DNA of 63,924 nucleotides, filler included, from Salisapilia sapeloensis CBS 127946 (Eukaryota > Protista > Oomycota), in assembly GCA_023334545.1 (NCBI GenBank). It is 14 parts of 14 records of this genome, joined end to end, with 100 filler letters (N's around TTAATTAATTAA, not from the genome) between each part and the next. Parts side by side here need not be neighbours in the genome. Positions count along the whole stretch, not along the records: positions 31,901 to 37,608 come from JAADVB010000596.1; positions 37,709 to 49,443 come from JAADVB010000425.1; 12 more parts are not named here. One strand, 5' to 3'. The notes under the pieces were generated by a model, which saw only the letters and a list, made by a program, of their open reading frames with translations, had not been told where the DNA came from and did no database searches. Shown one piece after another: positions 32,061-44,195 of the stretch. A program made the position numbers and the translations under genes. Numbering within the stretch: the first letter of the stretch is position 1; the number at the start of each line of letters is the position of its first letter.

Positions 32061-32250
32061 AGTAAATCAACTTCGATCAAATGTTTCATACATCAAGCGC
32101 AAGACAACGGTCATAAAGAAAGCAGGAATAAAAAACGAAGTAGCTCGTTTGTCTCCTCTACACTACATCTAGAGGGAACACCTTTGCTTGAAGGTGCGAA
32201 TGAACAAACGCTCGTCAGTACAGGGCGTTGGATTCGATCCTGTCTTATAT

Positions 32251-34074
32251 TTACAGCACCACCGACGCTCCATGAGGTCGTGTTAGCGCTACGATATACT
32301 CGGCATTGCCCACAGGTGTTCTCTCACCATCTCCCAGTGGTTCTTCCTCCTTTTGCTTCGAGTGACGGAAGACAGCCGCACCGATCACAGCAGCCACCAC
32401 GGCAGCAGCGCCGATGAGACCAGCGATAGCTCCACCTCCGAACGAAGCATCCGATTCGTGGCCACTTGTCTGAGTGTTAGCTGCATGCACACCCGTCGAA
32501 GAGGACTCCACTTTACCCTCGCCATACGCCGCATCCTCACCAATATCGCTTTCGATAGGTCCTGGTGTCGGTGCAGGTGTTGCGTCCATCGACGAAGGAC
32601 TCTCCGTTGGTGCAGGTGTAGCATCCATTGCTGAAGGACTCTCCGTTGGGGCATCCGTCGCGGCAGGAGTGGATGGAGGGGACGGAGGTGATGGTGTGTT
32701 CGAGTCATTCTTCTCAGGTGGGAACTGCGGGTCACAGTCCTTGCCATGGGCCGGAGCACTAGTCGCTGGTGCAGTGGTAACTGGCGCCTCCGTCACAGGA
32801 TGTGTGGTAGCGGGAGCAGGAGCAGGCGTCGCTAGCGGAGTGGTTGGAGCAGGTGTGGAGGCTGGACCAGAAGTGGCAGGAGCGTCCGTGTACTCATTGC
32901 TCGTCGACGTATCGTAATCGGATGCCGGAGGAGACGGCGCAGTAGAAGGTGCTGCCGTCGGTGCGCTCGTCGGAGTTGCAGTAGGCGTCTGAGGAGGGTT
33001 GGACGGAGCTGCGGTGGGCGTGTCCTGAGGGCTAGACGGAGCAGGTGTAGGATAGCTACCACCAGCTCCGATGGCTGGAGCTCCTTCGTCCTGGACAAAG
33101 TATCCATTGTCCCAAAGCTGCTTGAAGAAGTCAGGATAGAATTGGCCGGCCGGAGGTGCGTTGTTGGACATGGCGTCTTTACTCTCAACGCACTGTCCAT
33201 CGCTCTCTCCAGGCACCTTGGCCCAGACAAAGTAGTCCAAGTTGTCGTACCCAGTATCGTCCGTTGGTGGGTGACCGATGCCACCGAAGTTGGCGTTGCA
33301 CCACTCATCACTATCCGGTTGCTGGTTATAGTTCCGTGAAGTATCCACGATGCACCCGATTTCACTACTGTCACCACCAGCAGCAGCATATGCGTCTTTA
33401 AACGTTTGACAGTCGGTCGACATCTGCGCGTTCGGACGGTAGTTGGACGTATTCAAGGTAATGCCCTTGACCTTGCACCCAGAAGTGTCCACAAGGTCTT
33501 TCATGGCGCTCGCGACGGCAGCCGTCTGGTCGTCGCCAGTGAGCGTCCAGTATCCGACATCCGCGTACACGTCAGCGTTCGGGTTCGACGACGTGAGGAC
33601 TTGGAGGCCTGCAGCCATGTTCTCCAAGTATCCGGACTGCTTGGCACAGTCATCCTTGGCCAGAAGACCAATTGCATCCGGCTCGAAAATGTACACGACC
33701 GGTCTATCGCCAACAGCGTCGGCGAGCCCTTGTAGGAAGGAGACGTACTGCTGCTGATTCTGATTCACGCCATTGTTCGAGTATCCGGCCGCACAGTCCT
33801 TGTTTGGTAACCCGTAGACAACGATGGTAATGTGGTGCGATGGGTCCGTACAGGTCGAGAGGAGACTCTCGACGGAAGATTCGTGACCTCCGTTGTCAGT
33901 GTACCAGGTAGCAATTCCTTGACTGGCTACCGTTTTCAAGGCATTGGCTAGCTCTGCGTCCTGCGCCATGGCATTGACATAGGAGCCAGGATCACAGGAA
34001 CAAAAGGTGGCAGCAGTGGAAGCTGCACCGAGAGCGATCGTCGCGAAAACAATTTTAGAAAACGCTCGGAGCAT
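32251..34074 (-). CDS. GH6 cellulase, type I membrane protein (signal peptide, GH6, S/T/P stalk, TM, short tail)
   Basis: ATG 34074 (Inr-like CTCATTATCC just upstream) gives MLRAFSKIVFATIALGAASTAA. Motifs VVYGLPNKDC, FEPDAIG, VDTSRN, WCN, WAKVPGESDG. TM GAIAGLIGAAAVVAAVIGAAVF. Confidence 0.92.
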   Translation of the reverse strand: MLRAFSKIVFATIALGAASTAATFCSCDPGSYVNAMAQDAELANALKTVASQGIATWYTDNGGHESSVESLLSTCTDPSHHITIVVYGLPNKDCAAGYSNNGVNQNQQQYVSFLQGLADAVGDRPVVYIFEPDAIGLLAKDDCAKQSGYLENMAAGLQVLTSSNPNADVYADVGYWTLTGDDQTAAVASAMKDLVDTSGCKVKGITLNTSNYRPNAQMSTDCQTFKDAYAAAGGDSSEIGCIVDTSRNYNQQPDSDEWCNANFGGIGHPPTDDTGYDNLDYFVWAKVPGESDGQCVESKDAMSNNAPPAGQFYPDFFKQLWDNGYFVQDEGAPAIGAGGSYPTPAPSSPQDTPTAAPSNPPQTPTATPTSAPTAAPSTAPSPPASDYDTSTSNEYTDAPATSGPASTPAPTTPLATPAPAPATTHPVTEAPVTTAPATSAPAHGKDCDPQFPPEKNDSNTPSPPSPPSTPAATDAPTESPSAMDATPAPTESPSSMDATPAPTPGPIESDIGEDAAYGEGKVESSSTGVHAANTQTSGHESDASFGGGAIAGLIGAAAVVAAVIGAAVFRHSKQKEEEPLGDGERTPVGNAEYIVALTRPHGASVVL

Positions 34075-34528
34075 CGGCTTTGGAGGTAGACAGTCGAAAG
34101 GATAATGAGGCAGCGAAAAGCTCTGCCATGCATTTACTAGGTGCTGACGTCTGTCATCCTGTCGACTGAGGGAAGGCTGATCCGAGGCCAAGTCGGAGTA
34201 GTACGCTTGCACTTGACTTGACTATGCTGACGCAACCCACGGTTCCTTCTATCGCTACGTTGTATCGGATGCCATTCTTTTCCGACAATCGAAGTTCCAC
34301 CCCCATACGATTCTGCGGCACGAAACGAGTATCCAGCGAGAAGCCCTAGACCAGGATTTGCCGGTGACCAGGTCAAGTCCGAATGTTGCCCGTCCGGATG
34401 TTGCGCCTCGAATGTCGCTCGTCTAAATGTTGGTTGCGAGTTTTCTAAACGTAACAATTATTCTGAACGTAACCGTTCATTTCAGTTAAGTGGATTTGAA
34501 AAGGTCACCACTCGTTTTGATATCAAGC

Positions 34529-35514
34529 ATGTTGCGCTGGATGCGATTGACGCAGCGACCGGCGCTAGCCGATGCGACGCGCCACTTTGCATCGAAGCCG
34601 AAGCGTGGAAAGAACGCTCAGCAGAAAGCCGCGCGGAAGCGGCCAGTTGAACGGGAAACGCCAACACGTCAGAACTACCTGGTGCAGCCGCCAGTGGACG
34701 ATGGCAAGAAGTGGCGCATTCTTAGCGCTGCAATTGTCGAGCGGCTGCCGGTAGTCCAGCCAGACATCAAGGACTGGGAAATGGATATGGATGTAGTCAA
34801 GCACGAGATCAGTCTTCGGGAGGATGAAGTAGGATTTTCGTTGTGCTTAGAGTGGCTAGTTTGAGTTATTTACGCCCTATGTTTTAAAATAGCAATTGGA
34901 AGATGGATTCTGGTTTATGGAGCCAGGCGAGCGTCAGATTCCACCGGAGGAAACACCTTGGCCGAACGAGGAACAGGACCCAGAGGAGCTCATTGGAGCC
35001 GGATACCCCGTCGCACCTCGAGAAACGGAAGACGGTACGCCCAACTCCCACTCTTGTCTCGTTAACGTGACTAAAAATCGAATTAGACCATAACGATAAC
35101 CGCAAGTCGTTGAACCGGGCCTTGAAGGGCCGTGTCTTCCTCCTCACCCAGACATCTCTTCCGAATCACTCGAACTCTTCGCCGCAATGGTTCTTCCCGG
35201 TTGGCGAGAAATTGGACGAGGAAAAGATGAGGGATGCTGCTGTGCGTCACGCGAACGAATTCTGTGGGACGGACTTGCAGCTCTATCCTGTCGGCAACGC
35301 TCCCATCGGATACATTTCGTACGAGCACGACGACGCCAAAGAAGATGGTTTCGATGGCACGAAGGTCTTCTTCTACAAGAGCCAAGTGGTCGAAGGTGAC
35401 GTGGCATTAAACACGGACAAGGCACAGGACTACTGGTGGGTGACGCAAGAGGAACTGAAGGAGTATTTGGATGCCGAGATCGGTTCGTACGTCAAGAAGA
35501 TTGTGCCGCCGTAA
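34529..35514 (+). CDS. MRPL46: Mitochondrial ribosomal protein mL46, two introns
   Basis: Presequence (RHFAS); ILSAAIVERLPVV; PRETED|DHNDNRKSLNRAL...VFLL...WFFP...VGNAPIG...KVFFYKSQ...DYWWVTQEEL. Confidence 0.85.
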
Positions 35515-35574
35515 GTCAGAGGAAAAAGAGAGTTACTACTGTGGACAACGCAGTCGTTAGAAGCCAATTTGTGT

Positions 35575-36530
35575 TTACGTCTCTCGATTGAATAGCGGAT
35601 GATTAGATCGACCGACGCGAACGCCAGTCTCGGACGAATCCTTGTCCTGGACGATGACATTGCGTCGACTTTCGGTCGCAGCAGACCGCTTCGCATCCGG
35701 TGCACTCTTCCGTTGTCGAAGACCAGTGGTCCATGTGTCAATTTCCGATCGATCTGACTCTGGGAACTGCAGTCGATGGCGAGATATGCGTTCTAAAATT
35801 GTTTTCACACTAGCCTTGGCCCATGTAACGTCAAGCTTTTTGTACAATATCCGAAGCACAGGCATGAGGACATGAGCGCGTTCCTCCTTGACGCTTTCGT
35901 CTTCTTCCTTTGGCTTATCTGAGTCTGTTCGCAAGAAGGATTCTGGTAGTTCACCACATTGTTCTGTTATTTTGCTCTGGACTTGTCGACAGCACTTGAC
36001 AAAGTGGTAGGTATCGTCTGTCGTGAGCAAGTCGTATGATGTGATACCGAAAAAATACCATGTATCCATTTGCTTTTGGTAGTGAGGTAGAACGGTAGCA
36101 ATTTGGAGTGACTGGAGCTTTTCTGTAATTTGATGCAGCTCTTTCGTACCAGCCCAAGAAGCAGATTTATCCTTTACTAATGATTTGAATGTCTCAAGCA
36201 CTTGCTCTAGCTCTTGTGGATTGGAAGCAGACGAATCTAAAAGCTGGCAAAAGAGTCGACTAGCTTTTGGCAGCTTACTGTCATTACGCTATAGTTAACG
36301 TCAGTATTTGCGCTATCAAAGAGAAATTACGAGGTAGTATGGACCATGTGCTTGTCGAGCCGAAATAGAGTTGTGGCAAAACTCTTTTCTTTCGGCGTAT
36401 CAGTCTTTTGTTTTTTAGTCACTTGTTCCTGTACATCTAAATTGTGATTTTCGCTGCTTTCTGAAGCTCCTCGCTTCTTCGTATCGTCCTGAGAGCCCTT
36501 CGGCGCCGGTACACCAGCATACAAGTCCAT
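35575..36530 (-). CDS. Conserved hypothetical helical protein, one intron
   Basis: Spliced LDKHM|RNDSKLPKASRLFCQLL; DTWYFFGITSYDLLTTDDTYHFVK; WAKASVKTIL; globular composition. Confidence 0.7.
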
Positions 36531-36729
36531 TTTCTGCTTCGTTGCGATGAATCGTGTCTGTATTTCATTATCTCCGTCCAATTTTTATATCAAATATATT
36601 ATATATGTCCAAATATTATGAAATAGAAGTCCGACAAAATAATATCTTTATCATATAAATTTATTGTTCAGATCAGACGTAATATATTGAACAGCTTGAA
36701 GTTCATCAGCCAGAGTACACGTAGCGCTA

Positions 36730-37374
36730 ATGGAGACCGAGAGAACCGGTTTACACCCACTCGCAGTGGCAGTAGGCGTCGTATGCATACTCGTGCTCAT
36801 TGTCGTCGTCACTGCTTCCTCCTATCGGAAGCAGCAAGTCCAGTTGATGGCGAGACAGCTCATTAATAGCAAAAACTCCCCCTTTGCATCCGATCCAAAG
36901 GCACAGAACACCGCCAGTGCACTCCCGGGCTTTGCTCGTAATGCTGCCGAGAGCGGAAACACCCGCGTCATCAAGCGATGGGTCACTTCTCCACACACAG
37001 ACGTAGATGCCTGTAGTAACACCAACCTAACGGCCCTTCACTACGCCACGAAAAATGGCCACAACGACTGCGTTCGCCTCCTGCTGCAGTCCCATGCTGA
37101 TCCGAATCGCCAGACACCACAGTACCACACACCACTGCATCTAGCTGCCCTTGGAGGCCACGCAGTCAGTCTGAAGCAGCTTCTTGATAACAACGCTGAT
37201 CCTTTCCTCGAGGACGGCGAAGGGAACACGCCGTTGGACTTGGCGGAGAAGGCCGACAACGTCGGATGCGCTCGCTTGTTGCAACGAGCAATGGCCAAGG
37301 CAGCCGTCCAGGAGGATGTAGGTGGAAAGAGTGAGACGAAATTACGCGCTTCTCGCGCCGAAAACGCAGTTTAA
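36730..37374 (+). CDS. N-terminally membrane-anchored ankyrin-repeat protein
   Basis: TM LAVAVGVVCILVLIVVVTAS; ankyrin motifs TALHYATKNGHNDCVRLLL, TPLHLAALGGH, GNTPLDLA. Confidence 0.88.
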   Translation: METERTGLHPLAVAVGVVCILVLIVVVTASSYRKQQVQLMARQLINSKNSPFASDPKAQNTASALPGFARNAAESGNTRVIKRWVTSPHTDVDACSNTNLTALHYATKNGHNDCVRLLLQSHADPNRQTPQYHTPLHLAALGGHAVSLKQLLDNNADPFLEDGEGNTPLDLAEKADNVGCARLLQRAMAKAAVQEDVGGKSETKLRASRAENAV

Positions 37375-37421
37375 AAGCAAAGTAGATCAAAACTTCCATG
37401 TCTTTTGGCTCGAATACACGT

Positions 37422-37608
37422 CTAGAGTTTGGCTCTGTTGCCGTTGGTCTTGGACACGGAAGCGAGGGCGGCGAGCAGGACGTCGATGTCCTCATGCCTG
37501 TTGAAGGCGTGGAGCACGACGCGGACGCGCTCTTCGCCCTCGGGGACGGTCGGCGGGCGGATCGGCACGGCCTTGATCCTCCTCTGGCGGAGCTGCCTCA
37601 GCACGCGC
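37422..37608 (-). CDS. bioF: 3' end of 8-amino-7-oxononanoate synthase (biotin pathway)
   Basis: IKAVPIRPPTVPEGEERVRVVLHAFN...IDVLL. Confidence 0.8.
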
Positions 37609-37708
37609 NNNNNNNNNNNNNNNNNNNNNNNNNNNNNNNNNNNNNNNNNNNNTTAATTAATTAANNNNNNNNNNNNNNNNNNNNNNNNNNNNNNNNNNNN
37701 NNNNNNNN

Positions 37709-38104
37709 CATGCCCATGCAGCGCCAGTGCAAGCGGCGTGTGTGCTACCGTTGGCTCAAAAACGAGGTTTCGCGTCCTCGAACAGCCAAAATGCGACCAA
37801 TATCGACGCGTCCCAACCTGTTCCGCCACTCTCAAGTCCACTCGACCCACCTGCGATGACTCCAGGAGCACTTGAAAGTGCAACGGCTGCAGCAAATAGC
37901 TCTGGAGATGCATCCACCGTCGTGCAAGGCATCCAGCATGGCATTAAATCCTTCCTTGATGATTTTTCACTTTCATGGGAATTGGCTGATTGCTGTTCGT
38001 TGTGTCAATTGAGCATATACCATGTCCATGCTTTTAACCTATCTAACGAGCAAATAGCGCAAAGTTTGTATGTATTTAATTTATCCTGTTGGGTCTACTG
38101 TTGA
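37709..38104 (+). CDS. Uncertain 5'-truncated ORF, mitochondrial presequence-like start
   Basis: Open from the contig start; KRGFASS then a P/A/S-rich segment; the 3' third does not look protein-like. Confidence 0.3.
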   Translation, partial: HAHAAPVQAACVLPLAQKRGFASSNSQNATNIDASQPVPPLSSPLDPPAMTPGALESATAAANSSGDASTVVQGIQHGIKSFLDDFSLSWELADCCSLCQLSIYHVHAFNLSNEQIAQSLYVFNLSCWVYC

Positions 38105-40366
38105 TACATCTGCAATTGGGTTGGAGGTATCAATAGATCGTCGTTTACAGGTGCAGACAGATACTGCTTCAACAATTCCTTTAGCTGCATATTTTGACTC
38201 TGCAACGCTTCAACTTCATCGAGCTTATCCTTACGTTGACGTAATGCTTGATGGTACGATTCAAGAGCTCTTTCCAATGTCCTCATAACACGATGCGTTC
38301 TTTCTGGAATTACACTTTGTGTAGCTTTCCAGAACTTCTTTTCCACCTCTTTCTCTTCTTCAGGAATCTTCATCCCTGGTGCATTGTTCCCTTTGGAAGT
38401 AGACGTGGTCGCGTCAGTGATGGAATTTCTACTAGCTTTACGAAGTAACCTCCCCATGGACATCGTACGCTTCATCTCATTTAGATCCTATGGTTATAGG
38501 TGTTAGTAAACGCAATGAGATAGTCATGAGATATTGTACCTCCACAAATTGCTTGATAACACGGATAACATTTTCTGGTTGAATGAGCAAACCATACTTG
38601 GCAGCCATTTCTTTCTGTTGCCAGTGAATCGTTTCATCCTCATCTTGTTCTGAAGCTGCATTTGCTCCATGAATTTCATCATCTGCGTGTGGGTCTTGGA
38701 AAAACAACTTCATCAACTGGTTTATATCGCTCTCGTTTTCTACGCCCAGTGTCTTCATGATTGCATCAGCTTTCACAAGAGCAGCTTCATCGTTTGGCAG
38801 ATCCTCCAGAGCTTTCTGGATGTTGCTGCTCACTAGAAAACCTGCCTCCGATGCGATCATACGGAGCATGTACTTAAGTTTGGCACTAGATATTTTTCTT
38901 ACTACTTGATCTTCCTCTTCCTCATCCATTCCAAACCCATCACTTCGAGCACTGTTTTCTTGACCTTCTCCCATGTTTGGCTTTACTCTGTCGATTCCTT
39001 CGATGTTCGTACTACCGTCCATGTTATCTTTTTGATTCGAGGTAGGAAACCTACCGTCAGTACGATGATCTTTCCATTGCTGAATCGACTTGGCTGGAGG
39101 CACCCAAGTTAAACCGAGGAATTGTTCATGCACAACTCGATCTGCTTTGAGCAATTTGTCTAGTTTCTCAGAAATTTCTTCTTCATGCATCGCCCAGACT
39201 TCTCCATATTGCTCTCTATCTTTTGTTTCGAAGTGCCTGTACTTCTTCTGCAAGTCCCTATACTGCTTTGTGACTCTACGAAAGTCTTCCGTTAGCTCTT
39301 GATTCTTCTGTTGATCACGAGCCTCCGTTTGGTTGTATCTGGATAGAAGCGCATTTAACGTGTCTTTCAATCTAGCCAACTTCCTCTTCTGCTGAGCTAA
39401 TGTTGCTGAGTTTTCCATATCGCGTTCAGTCAGGACGCGATAATTGTACTCGAGTTTCTCTGTATTAAGCTGATACGTTGCTCTCATCTCTTCTAGCTGC
39501 TGCTCTAGCGTCTGGATATTGGTCTCCAACTTGATCTTTAGATCACTATACTTTTCATGACCTTTAACACGCAGCTCTTCAATGTCCTGTACATACTGCT
39601 CCTCTCGCTTTTGTTTATTCTCCATTGCTTCCAGCTCCATTTCGCGACGCCTATCAAATAGTGCATCAATCTCACTTTTATTGCTCGCAAGGAGCTCATC
39701 CCTCTCTTTCATAAAGGCATCTTCGATTTGGTTTAACTCTCGTTCGTACGATTCCTCCATCTCACGATATTGATCATTCATTCGACTCACTAGCTGCTCA
39801 ATGTCTTCCGACTGACGTTTGAGTGCGTTGACATATTCCTCATCTTTTGACTTTAATTGTAGTTGGAACTCTCGAATCACACTATCTTTCGATGCCAATA
39901 TATCCTCACAAGCTTTCTGTTGGACCTCCAACTCGTCATGTAACTCCTGTGGCATGTTCAGCGCAAATAACTCTGACCAACGCATTTCGATTGCCGCGTT
40001 TGATGTTCCACTCGTTGTCGCTTCTTGTTGAATACGTTGGACTCGACGATGTCTGCGGTCCTCTTCTTCTAATCGACGACTATACTCGGCGCCATCAGCA
40101 GCGACACGAACGTCCGTGACTTTCTCAATACTGGTGCTTTTGCTATGATCCAATGAACCTAGGCTCTCTGCAACTTGCTGCTGTCCTTGACGCAGTTGAC
40201 TTGACTCGGATCCATTATTGTTGCTGCCGCGCTTCCCGTTAGCTGTTGCTAATCGCTCATTCTCCCTAGCAGCTTTCTCCGCAACACGCTGACGACGTGT
40301 CTGAATCCTTGCCTCTCGGGCATTTGTAGATTCATGCAAGCTACCTGTATTCCCTTTCCCATCCAT
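38095..40366 (-). CDS. DRC1: Dynein regulatory complex subunit 1 (NYD-SP28 family), one intron (~38488-38539)
   Basis: REARIQTRRQR; QLKSKDEEYVNALKRQSEDI; LETNIQTLEQQLEEMRATYQLNTEKLEYNYRVL; C-terminal FWK...LERALESYHQAL...LKQYL...LLIPPTQ. Confidence 0.92.
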
Positions 40367-40678
40367 CGCTATTTCTTGTTGGCAATTACTCTACAGCAAA
40401 CAATGCAATTCATGCAACGAATAGACACGAAACCAATTCGCGGTCGTTTCATCTTTTCTAGTAGATTTCCATTCATTTATTTGTTCATTCAATTAGCTAG
40501 CACTAGTCTTTTATTTCGTTGCAAGGAAGGATGCACGCTAGGACACGATAAGTATTCTACCAAAGACAAGCGAGGACCATGTCGCTTCGTCCAAGTTACC
40601 ACAACATTACCAAATTACCAAACGTAATTATTGTGGTCCACATTATGCATGAAGACAAAATAAAACGCGAATAAATCG

Positions 40679-41173
40679 ATGGAGGAATTAGACGCGTCGA
40701 GTGTCGGCACGACCGCTTCCCATGCGCCAAGTACGCAAGTACGGAGCAAGTCCGGTCAGCAACTTCTTCATGAGCTCCTTGCACTTGCCTACCAAGTGTT
40801 TGAAGAAGCCAAGCACATCAATTTGAAGGCTCCATTGCGTCCAAGCTCCAAGCTGTTCACACCTGCTGCCAATGTACAAGTGAACGTAAATTCTCCAGCA
40901 CCTACAGGAAATGAATCGCCTCAAGATGAAAATGCAGAGACGTCGAATGGGTCTGCTGCTATGGTGACTTCTACAAGTAGCTCCCAGCCTGTGATCCCGT
41001 ACAGTCCAGAAGAGATACAGGATTCATATACCAAAATGGATGCTTTAAAGAATCAGTACATGAAGATTAGCGGAGAATTGTCAGAGCTACTGAAAAAAGA
41101 TGGTTCCATCCATGCACCCAATGGCGCAGCTCCCACTGCTACCGATGGATCCAACTCACAAGTACCTTCATAA
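40679..41173 (+). CDS. Hypothetical protein (two helices separated by a low-complexity linker)
   Basis: 164-aa ATG ORF, head-to-head with DRC1; no motif recognised. Confidence 0.65.
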   Translation: MEELDASSVGTTASHAPSTQVRSKSGQQLLHELLALAYQVFEEAKHINLKAPLRPSSKLFTPAANVQVNVNSPAPTGNESPQDENAETSNGSAAMVTSTSSSQPVIPYSPEEIQDSYTKMDALKNQYMKISGELSELLKKDGSIHAPNGAAPTATDGSNSQVPS

Positions 41174-41630
41174 AATTAATTTAAAATTGGTGCAGTGCTA
41201 ATTTATTTTCTTGTTAGGACACGACAGCAAAGCTTTTGGAGCGAAGGAATCAACTCCGCAAAGTAACCTATTTGACAAACACTAAGTACTTTTTGTCTAA
41301 CAAAACCTATAGGAAGTGTACGAACGAAATGTCGTGATGAAAGGATTAATTGATCGACTGCGACAGCTGCAGGCTTCGATCCGTATCCTCAACGGTGGTC
41401 GAGCCTACGCACCAAACGTCGTCATGGAATCCATATAAATCGTACACCCATGTATCCACAATGGCCATGTTTCACTTTGATTCTTCTCCCGTATCTTTCG
41501 CAAAATTAAAAATCTTTTTTCAGATCGATACTATTCTTCGTCTCACTATAAAAACATCCTTTGCTTCTCTTCAAGATACCTTGGGCATTCCATAAATCCA
41601 GCGCGATAACCTTGCTTCAACTTCTCTTTC

Positions 41631-41646
41631 GCTCATTCCGCAATTT
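41631..41646 (+). promoter_or_regulatory. Oomycete Inr+FPR core promoter
   Basis: GCTCATTCCGCAATTT matches the consensus GCTCATTYYNCAWTTT exactly, 39 nt upstream of ATG 41685. Confidence 0.85.
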
Positions 41647-41684
41647 GCCGCCGAGAGAACAAGCAACTAGACGAACTAAAGAAG

Positions 41685-42032
41685 ATGGTACCGACACCAC
41701 AGTACGTGAAAGGCATGCGTGTGAGCAACACGACATCCCACAAGCTCAAGCTCACCGCCCACTACGGCGGAGAGGATATGCCCAACGTGACGGACACGCA
41801 AGAGCTCGACCCGCACCAAAGCCTTGTCTTTCCGGAAAAGATCGTCAACATGGAAAACATGCAGCTCGTGAACCCTGTGATTGCGCTAGAGGTCGAGTCG
41901 CTCACTGGCGGCTTGTCTACTTACCGCTACGAGCCTTCGGTAAAAACGATCGTCAACGAGCTGCATGTCAAGGTCGGTGCGGACGACAGCCAGAACGCAT
42001 TGCAGGTTACTCCTCATGAAGAGCAGCAGTAA
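41685..42032 (+). CDS. Small beta-rich hypothetical protein
   Basis: 115-aa intronless ORF with high GC3, directly downstream of a perfect Inr+FPR; no signal peptide. Confidence 0.75.
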   Translation: MVPTPQYVKGMRVSNTTSHKLKLTAHYGGEDMPNVTDTQELDPHQSLVFPEKIVNMENMQLVNPVIALEVESLTGGLSTYRYEPSVKTIVNELHVKVGADDSQNALQVTPHEEQQ

Positions 42033-42128
42033 AGTTAAGTTGGAGAGAACAAGACACATACCTTTTTACCCTTAAACCGATAACGTATATTTCCGGGAAA
42101 TCAAATGCACAAACGAAGCTGTAGGAGA

Positions 42129-43835
42129 TCAGACGATGGGTGTTTCATCGGAATCTCTTGGTGATCGACTGTACACGACGAACGAGCCATTCCGAGGCTC
42201 ATTTCGTTCTTCGAGAAGAGCTAAAGGTGGAGTCTGTGGTGCTTGATGGTAGCTTGATGCATCCTCCGCGCTTGCCTTGTTCTCCGGTGTGTGCGCAACG
42301 ACATCGTAGACTTTGTCACTATTCCAATTACCTCCTAACTGCACGTGCCTACCAAAGCCTCTTGTAGGTTCCGCCTGGACAGTCTTCTCCCGTGGCTGTG
42401 CATCGACCGCATAATCTGCACCTACGGGCGTCTTTGCTTCCCCACTACGAGAGCTAACAACGTCCAGGTCGTCATCCACCTCTGCTTCAATCTCTGCCGC
42501 CGTCGCCGGGTCGTCTGCTCTATATGCCGTGTTATCGGTCTGACGCTTCGCTTTGTCGGCATTCGCACCATCCTTGCTACACATGCGAAGGTACAACTTG
42601 TACCACCATGGTCGAAAGTCCTATGACAAGCGCGTCAGTATCGCTAGCAAGAGCATCGAGGCCAACCTCCTACATGGGAGGTCGCCACTTTCGAACAAGC
42701 TTGTCTTCATCATGAAGCTGCTTCATACAGAGGTTGAACACGTACAAGATTCTCGCGATCACGTTGCATCCGTTGCTTTCGCTTCCGGACAATGTAGTCG
42801 TACGTCGTCAAGTTCTCAATACCTATCATCTTGATAAGCATCTAATGTATGAGAGATTATAGTCGACAGCATACAGAGCTGGAAATGGAAGAGAGCGAGC
42901 TGCATGATCATAAAGCACCATGGCACGAGGATAACAAGCATCACGATGTGGATGACACGGAGGGCGATAATAGACACATTGTAGTCGTCATCTGTACAAA
43001 GTCCAGACTCGGAGTCTTTGTTGATGCTACAACCATATCCGGATGCAGCTACATGCACATACTAAGTCCACGTCGCTAACAATAGTCGACTACATACGTA
43101 CATCGATGGCGAATGGTGTCTTTATCTGTGTAGCTAGTGACGAGGAGGTAGATCCCAACTGCAATCTGCAATGCCAGCATGGCTGATGCCGTCACAACTG
43201 ATGTCAAAAAGTATCTAAGCGCACTTGAGTCAGTCCTGAGGTCATGTAGTGCAGTTGATAAAGCAGTACCGATAGTTTTTAGCTCCAACGCAATTGTTCA
43301 GCCACTTGCAATGGTGGTCAAAGACCGCGACGCACTTGTTGCATAGACGACAATGCCGACTCTCTTGTCGTCTACATGACGTTTGAGTACTCGATGGTTG
43401 CATGTGTCGATAAGATACACGTACACGAATCGCATGCAGACGTTACAATATTCATTCCGATCATCCATTCGAGCGTCTTCCACCGCAGTCGACTATCGCA
43501 CATGATGACTTTGTGATCTAGTCGTGGAGGTGTATGCAAAAGACGTACATAAGGCTCGAGGATCCAGTCGTCTGCAGGGTTCGTCCCGGTGCAAATGGCT
43601 GTCGCGTATACCATGACGATGCAAATGAGCGTATAGACCTGCTTGAAATAAATCATCGTTTCATAGAGAATAGAAAACGAGTGCATACGATGGTCGCAAT
43701 GTAGGCTGCATACACGTTGAGTATAGGCGTGTAGAAAGCGTAAAACATGGTCGCGATGATTGGGAAGACGACCCACGTCGCGAGTTGGAGTGCGTGAAAG
43801 GGTACTTCCCACCCGTTTGTACGCTGGGCACCCAT
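42129..43835 (-). CDS. DHHC palmitoyltransferase (ZDHHC1/11-like), multi-exon
   Basis: [17 protein letters not shown]; spliced YCNVCMRFV|[34 protein letters not shown]; ENLTTYDYI. Confidence 0.9.
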
Positions 43836-44195
43836 CCTACTTGCTCACGCTCTTCTTTTGCTATATACAGATACTTAGTCTACGTAGGAAGTTTCAGTGT
43901 TGAGTCATGTGGCAGATACCTAGACAAGTCGATGGAATGAGTACGGAGATAGGAAAGAAGTGCTGAACTGGTATTGCCGCTTGGGCTTGAGACAATTCAC
44001 AATCAAACTGGTCAGGGGCAAAGAGCAAGTGATTGTACCGAGCGTGTACCACCGTTTCGAATGTGCAAGACGGGAAACTTAATGAAAATGTTATTTTAGA
44101 GAGTGTCTAATCGCGAGTCGTTTCGTTCAATTGTCCTAGGAATACAATCGTTCTTGTTCTACCTTTCGGCGGATCGGACTTTCGATCGCGGCATC

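Noticed and set aside
32225-32245. GGATTCGATCC resembling a tRNA T-loop
   Set aside because: No cloverleaf or A-box context
38095-38104. 10-nt 3' overlap between the uncertain plus-strand ORF and DRC1
   Set aside because: The plus-strand ORF's 3' end is unsupported, so the overlap is probably not real
43380-43440. Apparent frameshift in the DHHC cysteine-rich domain
   Set aside because: Resolved by a GTACGT...CATGTAG intron giving FV|RQESRHC
44125-44145. X-box-like TTGTCCTAGGAATAC upstream of ARL2BP
   Set aside because: Poor match, and RFX factors are not known from stramenopiles
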